From an uncultured Ruminococcus sp. (GTDB lineage Bacteria; Bacillota; Clostridia; Oscillospirales; Acutalibacteraceae): 61,449 bases of DNA. Of the stretch, positions 10,452-21,817 are shown piece after piece. The stretch is from positions 1-61,449 of the forward strand of contig CAZRLC010000001.1 in assembly GCA_964600975.1 (NCBI GenBank), given 5' to 3'. Below the pieces are notes generated by a model. That model saw only the letters and a list, made by a program, of their open reading frames with translations. It made no database searches and was not told where the DNA came from. Made by a program: the position numbers and the translations under genes. How positions within the stretch are numbered: the stretch's first letter is position 1; the number at the start of each line of letters is the position of its first letter.

Positions 10452-13331
10452 TTATTCATCCTTACCGCAGCACTTCTTGTACTTCTTGCCGGAGCCGCAG
10501 GGACAGGGGTCGTTTCTGCCGACTTTCTTGCCTTTTCGTACTGTTCTGTTGGTAGAGGAGGTTCCGTCACCGCCGAACTCAATGGGCTTTGCCACCTGCT
10601 CACGCTTGATAGCAAAGGTTACGGGATTGACTTTAGGTGCTTCTTCACCCTTATTCAGTACCACCTGGTGTGCCGCAGCCGCAGCCTTCTCTGCCTCACG
10701 GCGAAGTCTGTCCTGCTCCTGCTGACGACGCTGAATCTCGTATACGTGTCTGGGGGCTACAAGCACCAGCTTAACTGTGTCCTGACGGATAGAATCAATC
10801 ATCTCGTCGAACATATCAAAGCCTTCGTGAGTATACTCTACAACAGGGTCATGCTGAGCGTATGCTCTCATACGAATACCCTGCTTCAACTCCTCCATAG
10901 CATCAATGTGCTCCATCCAATGGGTATCAACAGAGCGAAGCAGATAAACTCGCTCTATCTCTCTCATTGTATCCTTGGTAACAAGCTCCTCATACTCGCC
11001 GTAAAGCTCACGAGCATGAGAAAGAAGCATATCTGATACTTCCTCAGCAGTAAGGGTACTAAGTGCTTCATCTGAGAAAACAAGAGGACAGCGGTCATCA
11101 ACAAGCCAACCGTTATAATACTCTCTCAGACTTGCCAGATTCCAGTTATCCGATGTGCCGGTAAGGTACAGCTCTGTATTTGACTTAATGGTCTGCTCCA
11201 TCATAGTCATAACTGTGTCATGGATGTCCTGACCCTCCAGCACCTGGTTACGCTGACCGTAGATAATCTCTCTCTGACGGTTCATAACGTCGTCAAACTG
11301 GAGAACGTTCTTTCTTATTCCGAAGTTACGCTGTTCAACCTTCTGCTGAGAGCTTTCGATAATATTGGAGAGCATCTTGTTTTCGATAGACATACTCTCG
11401 TCGGGGCTGAGCCTTTCCATAATCATTCTCATACGGTCACCGCCGAAGATACGCATCAAATCATCCTCGGTAGAAAGGAAGAATTGGCTCACACCGGGGT
11501 CACCCTGACGACCTGCTCGACCACGAAGCTGGTTGTCGATACGACGAGACTCGTGACGCTCTGTGCCTATGATGAAGAGTCCTCCTGCATTTCTTACCCT
11601 GTCTGCTTCGTCAGAAAGCTCCTCCTTGAAACCACGATGCAGTTCTGCGAAGGCTTCTCTTGCCTCTATAATTTCTTTATTGTCGGTTTCTGCGAAGCCT
11701 GTTGCCTCGGCAATAAGCTCATCGCTGAAACCCTGCTTACGCATTTTTGAGGTTGCCATAAACTCGGCGTTACCGCCCAGAATAATATCGGTACCACGAC
11801 CTGCCATATTGGTAGCAATAGTAACCGCACCCAATTTACCTGCCTGAGCAACGATCTCGGCTTCCTTGTCGTGTTGTTTAGCGTTGAGCACATTGTGAGG
11901 AACGCCTCGTTTTGACAGCATTTTGGAGAGAAGCTCGGATTTCTCGATAGAGATAGTACCTACCAGTACAGGCTGACCTTTCTTATGACAAGCGATGATT
12001 GTCTCGATAACTGCCTCAAACTTGGCTTTTTCTGTGGCAAAAATAAGGTCGTTAAGGTCCTTTCTTGCCAGCTCCTTGTTGGTAGGAATTTCTACAACAT
12101 CCAGCTTGTAAATCTCTCTGAACTCTGCCTCCTCTGTAAGGGCGGTACCTGTCATACCTGAAAGTTTCTTGTAAAGGCGGAAGTAGTTCTGGAAGGTGAT
12201 TGTTGCAAGAGTCTTGCTTTCGTTCTGAATTTTTACGCCTTCCTTCGCCTCGATAGCCTGATGTAAGCCCTCGTTGAAGCGACGTCCGTACATAAGACGG
12301 CCTGTGAACTCGTCAACAATGATGATTTCGCCGTCTTTCTCTACATAGTCTATATCCAGGTGCATAATACCGTGAGCCTTAATAGCCTGATTTATATGAT
12401 GCTGAAGAGTCAGGTTGTCTGGATCTGTGAGATTCTCGATACCGAAGTGCTCCTCGGCCTTTTTAACGCCCAGCTGAGTCAGAGTAGCAGACTTTGCCTT
12501 CTCGTCAATAATATAGTCGATGCCGTTTTCCTCGAAGAACTCTTCCATATTCTCCTTGTTGTCCACCTCGGTGAAAACGTGCTTTTTGAGGCGTCTTGCA
12601 AAGGAGTCTGCCTTCTGGTACATATCTGTGGACTTGTCACCCTTGCCGGAGATAATCAGAGGGGTTCTGGCTTCGTCAATCAGAATGGAGTCCACCTCGT
12701 CCACAATTGCAAAGGCGTGTCCACGCTGTACACGGTGCTCCTTGTAAACTGCCATATTGTCACGGAGATAGTCAAAGCCGTACTCGTTGTTGGTGCCGTA
12801 GGTAATGTCGGCATTATAGGCGGCACGACGCTCATCGGGAGTAATATCGTGAACAATAAGTCCTACTGTAAGTCCCAAAAAGCGATACAGTTTACCCATC
12901 CACTCAGAGTCACGACGGGCAAGGTAATCGTTGACTGTAACTATATGTACGCCCTCACCTGTAAGAGCGTTAAGATATGCAGGAAGAGTAGCCACCAGAG
13001 TCTTACCCTCACCTGTTTTCATTTCGGCAATTCTGCCCTGATGAAGTATGATGCCACCCTCAATCTGTACAGGGAAGTGCTTCATTCCCAGCACACGCCA
13101 GGAGGCTTCCCTACATACTGCGAAGGCGTCGGGAAGAATATCGTCGGTGGTCTCGCCCTGTGCGAGACGCTCTTTGAGTATAGCAGTCTGATTCTTAAGC
13201 TCAGAGTCGGACATAGCCTGATATTTAGCCTCCAGCTCCAGAGTCTTTTCCTTTATGGGCTTTACCCTCTTAATTTCTTTTTTACTGTAGTTACCAAACA
13301 TTGCTTTAAGTAATCCAGCCACAGTGTTCAT
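10452..13331 (-). CDS. secA: Preprotein translocase ATPase SecA
   Basis: [27 protein letters not shown] and C-terminal SEC-C motif [13 protein letters not shown]. Confidence 0.99.
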   Translation of the reverse strand: MNTVAGLLKAMFGNYSKKEIKRVKPIKEKTLELEAKYQAMSDSELKNQTAILKERLAQGETTDDILPDAFAVCREASWRVLGMKHFPVQIEGGIILHQGRIAEMKTGEGKTLVATLPAYLNALTGEGVHIVTVNDYLARRDSEWMGKLYRFLGLTVGLIVHDITPDERRAAYNADITYGTNNEYGFDYLRDNMAVYKEHRVQRGHAFAIVDEVDSILIDEARTPLIISGKGDKSTDMYQKADSFARRLKKHVFTEVDNKENMEEFFEENGIDYIIDEKAKSATLTQLGVKKAEEHFGIENLTDPDNLTLQHHINQAIKAHGIMHLDIDYVEKDGEIIIVDEFTGRLMYGRRFNEGLHQAIEAKEGVKIQNESKTLATITFQNYFRLYKKLSGMTGTALTEEAEFREIYKLDVVEIPTNKELARKDLNDLIFATEKAKFEAVIETIIACHKKGQPVLVGTISIEKSELLSKMLSKRGVPHNVLNAKQHDKEAEIVAQAGKLGAVTIATNMAGRGTDIILGGNAEFMATSKMRKQGFSDELIAEATGFAETDNKEIIEAREAFAELHRGFKEELSDEADRVRNAGGLFIIGTERHESRRIDNQLRGRAGRQGDPGVSQFFLSTEDDLMRIFGGDRMRMIMERLSPDESMSIENKMLSNIIESSQQKVEQRNFGIRKNVLQFDDVMNRQREIIYGQRNQVLEGQDIHDTVMTMMEQTIKSNTELYLTGTSDNWNLASLREYYNGWLVDDRCPLVFSDEALSTLTAEEVSDMLLSHARELYGEYEELVTKDTMREIERVYLLRSVDTHWMEHIDAMEELKQGIRMRAYAQHDPVVEYTHEGFDMFDEMIDSIRQDTVKLVLVAPRHVYEIQRRQQEQDRLRREAEKAAAAAHQVVLNKGEEAPKVNPVTFAIKREQVAKPIEFGGDGTSSTNRTVRKGKKVGRNDPCPCGSGKKYKKCCGKDE

Positions 13332-13460
13332 CCTTTCGTATATATTACATAGTACCCCATGATAATCATTATATTTAGTTTATTGTATCACACTAAATGC
13401 AAAAAAGAAAGGGAATTTTGAAAAAGCCCTGTGTAATGCCGTAAAATTTACAAACAGTCT

Positions 13461-13494
13461 ATAAAATAAAGGTGCACACCAATGTGTACACCTT
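13461..13494 (-). terminator. Probable terminator of the rodA-pbp operon
   Basis: aaggtg..acac/gtg..cacctt stem followed by a U-rich run on the minus strand. Confidence 0.55.
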
Positions 13495-13510
13495 CTGAAG
13501 GTTTCTTTTA

Positions 13511-13831
13511 TTATTCATCGTCCTCTGAGATAACTTGGTCCACTACATTTCTGACGTTTTCTTCCCATCCCTCTAAAAGCACCGCTTCCCGAAAAAGATT
13601 GAAATCGGAATTGTCACTTTCTGTCAGCATGGTTTTTCTTATCTGCAACTGGTCTATGAAAGAGATAAGCACATCAATAAGCATCAAGGCAAATCCTATA
13701 ACAAGGCAAAGCTTCACCCAAATTCCTATTATAAGTAATATAACTGCAGGTATAAACAGATAGAATCTTCTGAATACTATACCACCTGCAAATCCGACCC
13801 AAAACAGCTTGGCTGGATATTTTCCTTTCAT
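13511..13831 (-). CDS. Small hypothetical membrane protein
   Basis: 106 aa, 2-3 hydrophobic segments, GAGGTG RBS. Confidence 0.75.
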   Translation of the reverse strand: MKGKYPAKLFWVGFAGGIVFRRFYLFIPAVILLIIGIWVKLCLVIGFALMLIDVLISFIDQLQIRKTMLTESDNSDFNLFREAVLLEGWEENVRNVVDQVISEDDE

Positions 13832-13853
13832 TACATCACCTCATTATAGCGGT

Positions 13854-15194
13854 TTATCCTTCATAACCTAAGGAACGAGCACTTTCTACCATAGCAATAC
13901 GGGCAATGGGACCGGCACTGTAGAAGCCGAAGCCTCCCTCCTCCACAACAACCGCAAAGGCAAGAGGATAGTCCTCATCGGTGCTGTAGCCCACCATCCA
14001 TCCTGTGGACTCCTTGCCCTCACCTACCTCGGCGGTACCTGTTTTGGCACCTACTGTCAGTCCCGAGAACATATTATCGCCGTAATAGTCCCTTACTGTG
14101 TATCGCATAATGTCCTGTACCTTGTCAGCAGTTTCTTCGCTCATAAGTCTGCCCGAGCTACCGGGGAGGACGCCGTCTATATAGGAAGGAAGCCTTACCT
14201 CTCCGCCGTTTGCGATAGCACCGCAGAGTATAGCCATCTGGACGGGATTGACCATATCGGTGTACTGTCCTATACCCGACCAAGCAAGGTCGTTGTAGGT
14301 TGCATCCGACAAATCAAAATGTCCCCGGGCGGTCTTTATACCGCTAACACTGTAGCTTTTTGTAATGCCCAGTTTATCGGAAATCCTCTGCATTATACTC
14401 TTGCCTGTCTCAGTTGCCGCATCGGCAAAGGCTATGTTGCAGGACCGAGAAAAAGCCTCGTAGATGTTCACCGTGCCGTGAGTTTCAAGACAGGTGACAT
14501 CGTCACCGTCAAACTCCTTCTTACCCTCGCAGGTAAAGGTCATATTGTCAATATCTGCACCACTCTCTATAACGGCAACTGTGGTGATAATCTTGTATAT
14601 AGAGCCGGGGGTATAGGTGCTGGATACCGCGTTGTTAAGGTACGCACCCTCGGGGATAGTATCGGGCACATTCTGAGGGTCGTAAGCCGGGGTGCTGACC
14701 ATACAGAGCACCTCACCTGTCTTGTAGTTATAGACAAAACAGGCACCCTTTTTGTCCCCGAATGCTTCGTATACCTTGGCACAGACCTGACTGTCCAGAG
14801 TAAGATTTACGTCCCCTGTGGACTTGATACTCTCGGGCAAACCGTATCCGAAAATAGTACTGTGACCTACAAGCTGAGCTCTGTAGCGAGTCTGCACCGC
14901 GGTGGCTATATTGTAGGAGCCGTCGCCTACCGAGTGGAGAGTACCGCATCTGGTGTAATAGTCACTGCTATACAGGCGTTTGCCGTCCTGAGACTCTGCA
15001 AGGACGTTTTTGTTTCTGTCGTAGACTGTACCTGCAGAGGCCAGTCCCTTGCCTGAGGACAGGTACTGGTTGTAGGTCTGACTTGCCCACAAATCGTTAT
15101 TCATAACGTAACGAAGGCACAAAAGCCCAAGCCCCAGCAAAAATGCTGCAGCCAGTATTAGGGCTATTATACTTCGTGACATTGTTCTCTTCAT
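13854..15194 (-). CDS. Class B penicillin-binding protein (PbpA-like transpeptidase)
   Basis: N-terminal membrane anchor; SIYK, SCN and KTG motifs intact; adjacent to a SEDS gene. Confidence 0.92.
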   Translation of the reverse strand: MKRTMSRSIIALILAAAFLLGLGLLCLRYVMNNDLWASQTYNQYLSSGKGLASAGTVYDRNKNVLAESQDGKRLYSSDYYTRCGTLHSVGDGSYNIATAVQTRYRAQLVGHSTIFGYGLPESIKSTGDVNLTLDSQVCAKVYEAFGDKKGACFVYNYKTGEVLCMVSTPAYDPQNVPDTIPEGAYLNNAVSSTYTPGSIYKIITTVAVIESGADIDNMTFTCEGKKEFDGDDVTCLETHGTVNIYEAFSRSCNIAFADAATETGKSIMQRISDKLGITKSYSVSGIKTARGHFDLSDATYNDLAWSGIGQYTDMVNPVQMAILCGAIANGGEVRLPSYIDGVLPGSSGRLMSEETADKVQDIMRYTVRDYYGDNMFSGLTVGAKTGTAEVGEGKESTGWMVGYSTDEDYPLAFAVVVEEGGFGFYSAGPIARIAMVESARSLGYEG

Positions 15195-15208
15195 AATAAA
15201 ACCTCAGT

Positions 15209-16882
15209 TTATTTTCTGCCAAGCTTCGTGTAGGTACGCTCATCGGCTGCCTTGATAAATGCAAGTAAGCCCCAACAGGACAGCATACTGGAACCACCTG
15301 CGCTGACAAAGGGCAAAGTAACACCCGTAAGTGGCAGTATATCAGTACAACCGAAGATATTAAGGGACGCCTGTATAAGCATCATAGATGCGGCACAACA
15401 GGCAGAAATTGAGTAGAAGGTACTACGGCTACGGGTGGATACGGCTCGGGAATATATAACAAGTCCGAACACCACCAGTGCTATGGTAATTGCCGTAATG
15501 AGTCCCATTTCTTCGGATACAATTCCGAACACCAGGTCAGTCTCCGAGGCTCCGTAGTAGCGAAGTATTCCGTTACCAACACCTGTGCCGAAAAGACCTC
15601 CCGAGGCAATGTAAGTCAGGACTCCCGACTGCTGATATCCTGCATTGTAGGGGTCCTCCATAGCGTGTCCCCATATAGCAAAACGCTCTGCAATATAGGG
15701 CTTAAACTGTAATACAAGAATAACCGCAAAAACTGCACCCACCACCGCAAGTATAGAGGTAGTGAAATCACCTGAGCGAATAATGGAAATCACTATGAAG
15801 GTGACGAAAAATATAAGGGCGGTACCGAAGTCACCCATCAGCGCCAGAGCACCTACACACAGAGCCGAGAAAATGATAAACTCTATAAGGTTACGTTTTG
15901 TTTGCAGGTGGTCAAGTGCCGAGGCACCTACAAAGATATATGCAATCTTTACAATTTCTGAGGGCTGGATTGACACACCGCCGATATAGATTCGGTTGGC
16001 GGCACCAAACTCCACAACACCAAAAATAAGATTTATAGCCAGAAAGCCCAGAGCAATAATCATAATCGTCATACGCCACTTGACTATTCGGTCGGGGTTG
16101 CTGATAAAAAGCAGCAGCAGTTCGTAGCCCACTGCACCGATAATTGCCGCCGCTACCTGTATCCAGGCGTCACGGACATCCTCTGCCACCAAGATTACAG
16201 AGCCTGTACCTGTAAGGAACAAAGCAATGGTTTCCAGCTCGAAGTTGCTCCTTCTGAACACTCCGAAGGAGAAGCCGTACAGCACCCAAGAAAAGAGTAT
16301 CATTGCAGCCACAATGTAAAAAGCATCCGGCTTCAGTTCTCCGTAGGATATGCATATTTCCACCGCCATAAACAGGTGAAACAGGTTGACGAGTACCAAA
16401 AGCAGAGGAGCAGAAACCGAGGGCTTTGCAGACACCTTGGAGAAAAACCAATGGTGCTTTAACTCTTCGCCGAACTCGTCTCCCCTGCGAAGATACAAGG
16501 TGGTGGAGCCTATCTGTATTTCGTCGTCAAGCCCCACCCTGTGACGGGTGCGGATACGTTTGCCGTTTACCTTTGTTCCCGATTTGGAACCGATATCAGA
16601 GATAAACCAGCCCTCTTTACGGCGAAGCAGCACACAATGATTGCGGGATACTGTAGGGTCCTCAATAACTATGTCACTGCTCTTGCTTCTGCCTATAGAA
16701 TTCTCCCAGCATATAACGGGAATCTTCTGCCTTATCGTGTCGTTATAAAGCATCACCAGAGGGGATTCCTGACGCTGTTGGCGACGCATTGACCCAAAAC
16801 ATTGATAAATGATGAATACAGTATAAACCGAGAGCAAAACTCTCAGTCCCACTACCGCTATGTCTACTAACAATTGTGTCAT
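15209..16882 (-). CDS. FHA domain fused to a FtsW/RodA/SpoVE (SEDS) glycosyltransferase
   Basis: FHA motifs IGRSKSSDI..DPTVSRNH..GTKVNG; SEDS motifs SIQPSEIVK, ETDLVF, PLTGVTLPFVSAGGSS. Confidence 0.93.
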   Translation of the reverse strand: MTQLLVDIAVVGLRVLLSVYTVFIIYQCFGSMRRQQRQESPLVMLYNDTIRQKIPVICWENSIGRSKSSDIVIEDPTVSRNHCVLLRRKEGWFISDIGSKSGTKVNGKRIRTRHRVGLDDEIQIGSTTLYLRRGDEFGEELKHHWFFSKVSAKPSVSAPLLLVLVNLFHLFMAVEICISYGELKPDAFYIVAAMILFSWVLYGFSFGVFRRSNFELETIALFLTGTGSVILVAEDVRDAWIQVAAAIIGAVGYELLLLFISNPDRIVKWRMTIMIIALGFLAINLIFGVVEFGAANRIYIGGVSIQPSEIVKIAYIFVGASALDHLQTKRNLIEFIIFSALCVGALALMGDFGTALIFFVTFIVISIIRSGDFTTSILAVVGAVFAVILVLQFKPYIAERFAIWGHAMEDPYNAGYQQSGVLTYIASGGLFGTGVGNGILRYYGASETDLVFGIVSEEMGLITAITIALVVFGLVIYSRAVSTRSRSTFYSISACCAASMMLIQASLNIFGCTDILPLTGVTLPFVSAGGSSMLSCWGLLAFIKAADERTYTKLGRK

Positions 16883-16985
16883 TTTGCCGCCTCCCTTCGT
16901 AATTTAGCTTTGAGTTTATATTTATATAATATTATTTGTTCTTTTCCAAGTCAATAAACAATATTGTAATATTGATGTGAACAAA

Positions 16986-17024
16986 ATAAAAACAAGGTCC
17001 GCCTACGAAAACCGCAGACGAACC
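16986..17024 (-). terminator. glmS terminator
   Basis: ggttcgtctgcg/cgtaggcggacc stem plus U-rich tail on the minus strand. Confidence 0.65.
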
Positions 17025-17035
17025 CAAAGTTTAAT

Positions 17036-18862
17036 TTATTCAACAGTAACGGACTTAGCCAGATTTCTGGGTTTATCCACATCGTTGCCTCTGAGAACTG
17101 AGGCATAATATGCCAAAAGCTGAAGAGGAACTGCTGCGACCATAGGCATAAGGATTTCCTCGATTTGAGGAACACGAATAATGTAATCTGCCACGTCACT
17201 GCCGATTGTGGTTTCCTCGTCACAAACAAGGATAACCTTGGCACCTCTTGCCTTTACCTCTTTGATGTTGCTGATTGTTTTGTCCAGAAGTCCTATCTGG
17301 GTTGCAACCGCGATAACAGGCATTCCGTCTGTAATGAGAGAAATAGTGCCGTGCTTAAGCTCACCTGCGGCATAAGCCTCGGAGTGGATATAGGAAATTT
17401 CCTTAAGCTTCAGAGAGCCCTCCATAGACAAAGCATAGTCAAGTCCTCTGCCGATATAAAGGAGATTCTCTGCATCCACAAGAGCCTTGGCAACCTCTGA
17501 ACAAAGCTCATCTACAATGTTGATGGTTTTTTCAATATTCTCGGGTATTTCTGTAAGAATTTCTGTAAGGCGTCTGCACTCCTGCTCAGATATTCTGCCC
17601 TTGGCAAGAGCCATCTCAAAGCCCAGCAGGTACATAACTGCAATCTGCACCATGTAAGCCTTTGTGGAAGCAACTGCAATCTCGGGACCTGCGTGTGTAT
17701 AAACAAGCATATCTGCCTCACGGGCAATAGAACTGCCTTTGGCGTTGACAATAGCCAGAGTCTTTGCACCCAGCTTCTTTGCCAGTCGCATAGCCGCAAG
17801 GCTGTCGGCAGTCTCGCCTGACTGAGAGATGATAATTACCAAATCGCCCTCGCCTACCAGAGGCTCACGATATCTGAACTCGGAAGCTATGTCCACAATA
17901 ACGGGAACACGTGCAAGTTTCTCTACTACATACTTGCCAACCATACCTGCGTGCATTGCTGTACCACAGGCTACTATGAATACCTGATGTATATCCTTAA
18001 GGGTCTCAAGGGTAATTGAACATTCCTCAAGACTGGGAAGTCCCTGATAAATTCTGGGAGAAATGGTGGTTTTGACTGCGGTGGGCTGCTCGTGAATTTC
18101 CTTGAGCATATAGTGCTCGTATCCGCCTTTTTCTGCTGCTTCCTGATCCCAGTCGGCAACCTTGAGCTCTTTTTCTACAGTACTACCCTGAAGGTCACAG
18201 AAGGATACACCCTCTCTGGTAAGATGGGCAATCTCGTCGTGCTCTAAAAGATAGTACTGATTTGTGTACTTGATAATTGCGGGAACGTCAGAGGCGATAA
18301 AGGACTCACCCTCAGCAACGCCAACGATAAGGGGACTCTCGCGTCTTACGGCGTAAAGCTCACCTACTCTGTCGGCAAAGAGTATGCCAAGTGCAAAGGA
18401 ACCCTCAACCTGAGCGAGAGTCTTTGCAATAGCCTTAACAGGGTCTCCCTCGTAGTTGTAGTCAAGGAGCTGTGCTACAACCTCGGTGTCAGTTTCACTT
18501 ACGAAGGTTCTGCCCTGAGAAACAAGGTGTTCCTTGAGTTCCTTGTAGTTCTCGATAATTCCGTTATGTACCAAAGTTACCTTATCTCCACCTGCATGGG
18601 GATGAGAATTGGTTGCAGAAGGTACGCCGTGAGTAGCCCAACGGGTGTGGCCTACACCTACATGACCTGAAGGTACCCCCTCTGCCTCCATCTTAGCCTG
18701 GAGGTCATCCAGTCTGCCTTTTTCCTTTGCTACCTTAATTCTGCCGTCCTCAAAAACTGCAATACCTGCAGAGTCATATCCTCTGTACTCAAGCTTTCTC
18801 AGTGCTGAAACCAGCACCTCGCTGCAATCCTTGGGACCAACATATCCAACTATTCCGCACAT
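17036..18862 (-). CDS. glmS: Glutamine--fructose-6-phosphate transaminase
   Basis: MCGIVG start, GHTRWATHG, and C-terminal PRNLAKSVTVE. Confidence 0.99.
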   Translation of the reverse strand: MCGIVGYVGPKDCSEVLVSALRKLEYRGYDSAGIAVFEDGRIKVAKEKGRLDDLQAKMEAEGVPSGHVGVGHTRWATHGVPSATNSHPHAGGDKVTLVHNGIIENYKELKEHLVSQGRTFVSETDTEVVAQLLDYNYEGDPVKAIAKTLAQVEGSFALGILFADRVGELYAVRRESPLIVGVAEGESFIASDVPAIIKYTNQYYLLEHDEIAHLTREGVSFCDLQGSTVEKELKVADWDQEAAEKGGYEHYMLKEIHEQPTAVKTTISPRIYQGLPSLEECSITLETLKDIHQVFIVACGTAMHAGMVGKYVVEKLARVPVIVDIASEFRYREPLVGEGDLVIIISQSGETADSLAAMRLAKKLGAKTLAIVNAKGSSIAREADMLVYTHAGPEIAVASTKAYMVQIAVMYLLGFEMALAKGRISEQECRRLTEILTEIPENIEKTINIVDELCSEVAKALVDAENLLYIGRGLDYALSMEGSLKLKEISYIHSEAYAAGELKHGTISLITDGMPVIAVATQIGLLDKTISNIKEVKARGAKVILVCDEETTIGSDVADYIIRVPQIEEILMPMVAAVPLQLLAYYASVLRGNDVDKPRNLAKSVTVE

Positions 18863-18913
18863 ATACTTTGCTCCTTATATATTCAAATTTGTAAAATACT
18901 TATGGGGTATTTA

Positions 18914-20818
18914 TCAAGCGTTTGTCTTGTGTTTGAAGGTAGGAACTATATCGCTCAAAATCTCAACAACTGCCTCGCTGTCGTTTCTGTCGGCAGCCTC
19001 TTGCAAAATGCTGAGCTTTGTCAACAGCTCTTCCTCGTTTATTGCTATCTGATTTCCGATGAAAATCTTCTTGTTTGCTGTAGACTTTAGTCCCTCTTCG
19101 TTCATAAGAAGCTCCTCAAAAAGCTTCTCGCCCGGACGAAGTCCTGTAAACTTAATCTCTACATCCTCGTAGGGGACCTTGCCGTACATTCTGATAAGAT
19201 TCTCTGCAAGGGTTGTAATCTTAACAGGCTCACCCATATCCAGCACGAAGATTTCTCCGCCCTGTGCCATAGCACCTGCCTGTAATACCAGAGATACCGC
19301 CTCGGGGATTGTCATAAAATATCTGATTATATCGGGATGAGTAACGGTTACGGGCTTTCCGCTTTCAATCTGTCTGCGGAAAAGAGGAATTACCGAACCG
19401 TTGGAACCCAGTACATTACCGAATCGGGTTGTAACAAATTCGGTCTTCTCTGTGTGTTGAGCCTTGTACTGAACTATCATTTCACAGCAACGCTTTGTGG
19501 CGCCCATAACATTGGTGGGGTTAACCGCCTTGTCTGTGGAAATCATAATGAACTTCTCTGCCTCGTACTTTTCGGCAAGGGTTGCTATGTTAAAGGTACC
19601 GAAAACATTGTTCTTGACTGCTTCCTCGGGGCAGGTTTCCATCAAAGGCACGTGCTTGTGAGCAGCGGCATGATATACCACCTGAGGCTTGTATGTAGCG
19701 AATATCATATCCATCTTATCGTGGTCTCGTACAGAGGCGATAAGGGTTACAACGTCCACGCTGTCACCATATTCCAAAAGAAGCTCCTGCTGTATATCGT
19801 AGGCGTTGTTCTCATAAATATCTATTATGATAATCTGCTTGGGATTATACTTTGCTACCTGTCTTACAAGCTCACTGCCGATAGAACCGCCGCCGCCTGT
19901 GACCATTACCACCTTGCCCTTGATGAACGCCTCTGTCTGCTCTCTGTCGAAGGTGATGGGCTCACGGCCTAAAAGGTCCTCAATATGAATATCCTTAACC
20001 TGACTGAGAAGCTGAGGTTTGCCATCCTCAAAGAGAAGCTGACTGAGATAAGGTACCATTTTAATCTTGCATTTTGTCTTAGAACAAAGTGCAAGTATTC
20101 TCTGTCTATCTTCCTCCATACAAGAGGGAATTGCAAAAACAATGAGAGATATGTTGCTCTGCTCACAAAGAGCAGGAATATCCGCGGTAGTACCGAGCAC
20201 GGGTATACCCATAATCTTGTCACCAAGATGGCTTCTGTCGTCGTCCACAAGTCCTACAGGAAGAATATTTCTGGAGGGGTTGTTGGGGTCCTTCTTGGCA
20301 TTTTCTATATCCGTGAGAAGGAGTGTTGCCGCACGACCTGCACCGATAATAAGTGTACGCTGGTAATTCTCCGAGCGACCTGCCTCGGTGAGTCCCACAA
20401 TGGTCTTCTTGGCAAACATACGAAAACCAAGCATAGAAAGTGTTACCAGAATATACTGAGCCAGAAAGAGCACATAGGGAATTTTGCCCTCAAAAACTCC
20501 GAAAAAGTTCATTAAAAATACGGAGAAAGCTATTCCCACCGTTGAGCCAACAAAACAGGCAAGATACTCATGCTTACCCATAAGCCTCCAGAAGAAAGCG
20601 TAGGCTCCCGACACATACAGGGTGAAGAAGCAGAATACTACCTCTATCCCGATAATAAGTGTAAGCTTTGACCACCCAACCTGTAGTGCCTCTGCACCGC
20701 TTAAATCCCGTGCAATATCTGTCCACATCAATATAAGATTGGTCAGAAATCCGATTCCTGCTATTATCAGTGAATCAGAAATCATCAGTAATATTTTTTT
20801 GGTATTAAATTCCTTCAT
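18914..20818 (-). CDS. CapD/PglF-family UDP-GlcNAc 4,6-dehydratase
   Basis: N-terminal TM helices, VTGGGGSIGSEL, HAAAHKHVP, STDKAV..MGATKR, RFGNVLGSNGSV. Start moved to ATG at 20818, which has a GGAG RBS. Confidence 0.93.
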   Translation of the reverse strand: MKEFNTKKILLMISDSLIIAGIGFLTNLILMWTDIARDLSGAEALQVGWSKLTLIIGIEVVFCFFTLYVSGAYAFFWRLMGKHEYLACFVGSTVGIAFSVFLMNFFGVFEGKIPYVLFLAQYILVTLSMLGFRMFAKKTIVGLTEAGRSENYQRTLIIGAGRAATLLLTDIENAKKDPNNPSRNILPVGLVDDDRSHLGDKIMGIPVLGTTADIPALCEQSNISLIVFAIPSCMEEDRQRILALCSKTKCKIKMVPYLSQLLFEDGKPQLLSQVKDIHIEDLLGREPITFDREQTEAFIKGKVVMVTGGGGSIGSELVRQVAKYNPKQIIIIDIYENNAYDIQQELLLEYGDSVDVVTLIASVRDHDKMDMIFATYKPQVVYHAAAHKHVPLMETCPEEAVKNNVFGTFNIATLAEKYEAEKFIMISTDKAVNPTNVMGATKRCCEMIVQYKAQHTEKTEFVTTRFGNVLGSNGSVIPLFRRQIESGKPVTVTHPDIIRYFMTIPEAVSLVLQAGAMAQGGEIFVLDMGEPVKITTLAENLIRMYGKVPYEDVEIKFTGLRPGEKLFEELLMNEEGLKSTANKKIFIGNQIAINEEELLTKLSILQEAADRNDSEAVVEILSDIVPTFKHKTNA

Positions 20819-21091
20819 AACAACGCTCCGTCTGAAATTAACTAAAAAGAAACATCTCAAGACTTAAATTGGATGTACATTGCATACAATCCCACTTTAC
20901 ACAATTATTCATTGAAATTATAATACAAAAACCCATTAAAGTCAACAAAAATAAGTACCTGTATTTTTATATATTTTCTTGCAATATACATTGCTTTTTT
21001 CACATTATATGGTATAATTAATCTGTTATAATAGGTTTATAATGTGTAATTGTGCGTTTTTGTAAAAAATCATAGAGTAGGAGAGTAGTAA

Positions 21092-21769
21092 ATGTATCCT
21101 TTTTTTAAGCGAACATTCGACATTTTTGTATCATTTTTGGGACTTGCTATCCTGTCCCCTGTGTTGATTATTACAGCTATCGCCATTAAGGTTGAGTCCA
21201 AGGGTCCTGTTATCTTCAAGCAGGAAAGGCTTGGCAAGGGCGGTAAGGTTTTTAAGATTTACAAGTTCCGCAGTATGTGCGTGGGTGCCGAGCACACAGG
21301 CTCAGGCGTTTACTCCGGCAAGGGTGACGCCAGAGTTACCAAGGTGGGTAGATTCATTCGTGCCACCAGCATCGACGAACTGCCTCAGCTTGTTAATATC
21401 CTCAAAGGTGATATGAGTCTTATCGGTCCCAGACCGCCCCTTACATATCATCCCTGGACGGTAGATAAATACACCGAAGAGCAGTTTAAGATGTTCTCTG
21501 TTCGTCCCGGTGTTACAGGTTGGGCACAGGTAAACGGCAGAAAAGATGTAGAATGGAACAGAAGAATCGAGCTTAACTGCTGGTATACAGAGAATCTGTC
21601 CTTTGCCTTGGATTTTAAGATTTTCTTTATCTCCATTTTCAAGGTCTTCACCAACGCTGACAATGAAAACACCAAGGAAACCGCCGCCACTGCTCAGACA
21701 CAGAAGGCAGTCGAGTCTGCTGAAAATGCGGTAAAAGCTAAAGAGGAAGCAGTTATAACTGCAGACTAA
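21092..21769 (+). CDS. Initiating phosphoglycosyl (undecaprenyl-phosphate sugar) transferase
   Basis: KRTFDI, YKFRSM, SIDELPQL.N.LKGDMSLIGPRP, RPGVTGWAQVNGR. Confidence 0.93.
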   Translation: MYPFFKRTFDIFVSFLGLAILSPVLIITAIAIKVESKGPVIFKQERLGKGGKVFKIYKFRSMCVGAEHTGSGVYSGKGDARVTKVGRFIRATSIDELPQLVNILKGDMSLIGPRPPLTYHPWTVDKYTEEQFKMFSVRPGVTGWAQVNGRKDVEWNRRIELNCWYTENLSFALDFKIFFISIFKVFTNADNENTKETAATAQTQKAVESAENAVKAKEEAVITAD

Positions 21770-21817
21770 TCCTCAATAATTAAGATAAAACAACAAACTC
21801 AAGGGAGGTTATGCTAT

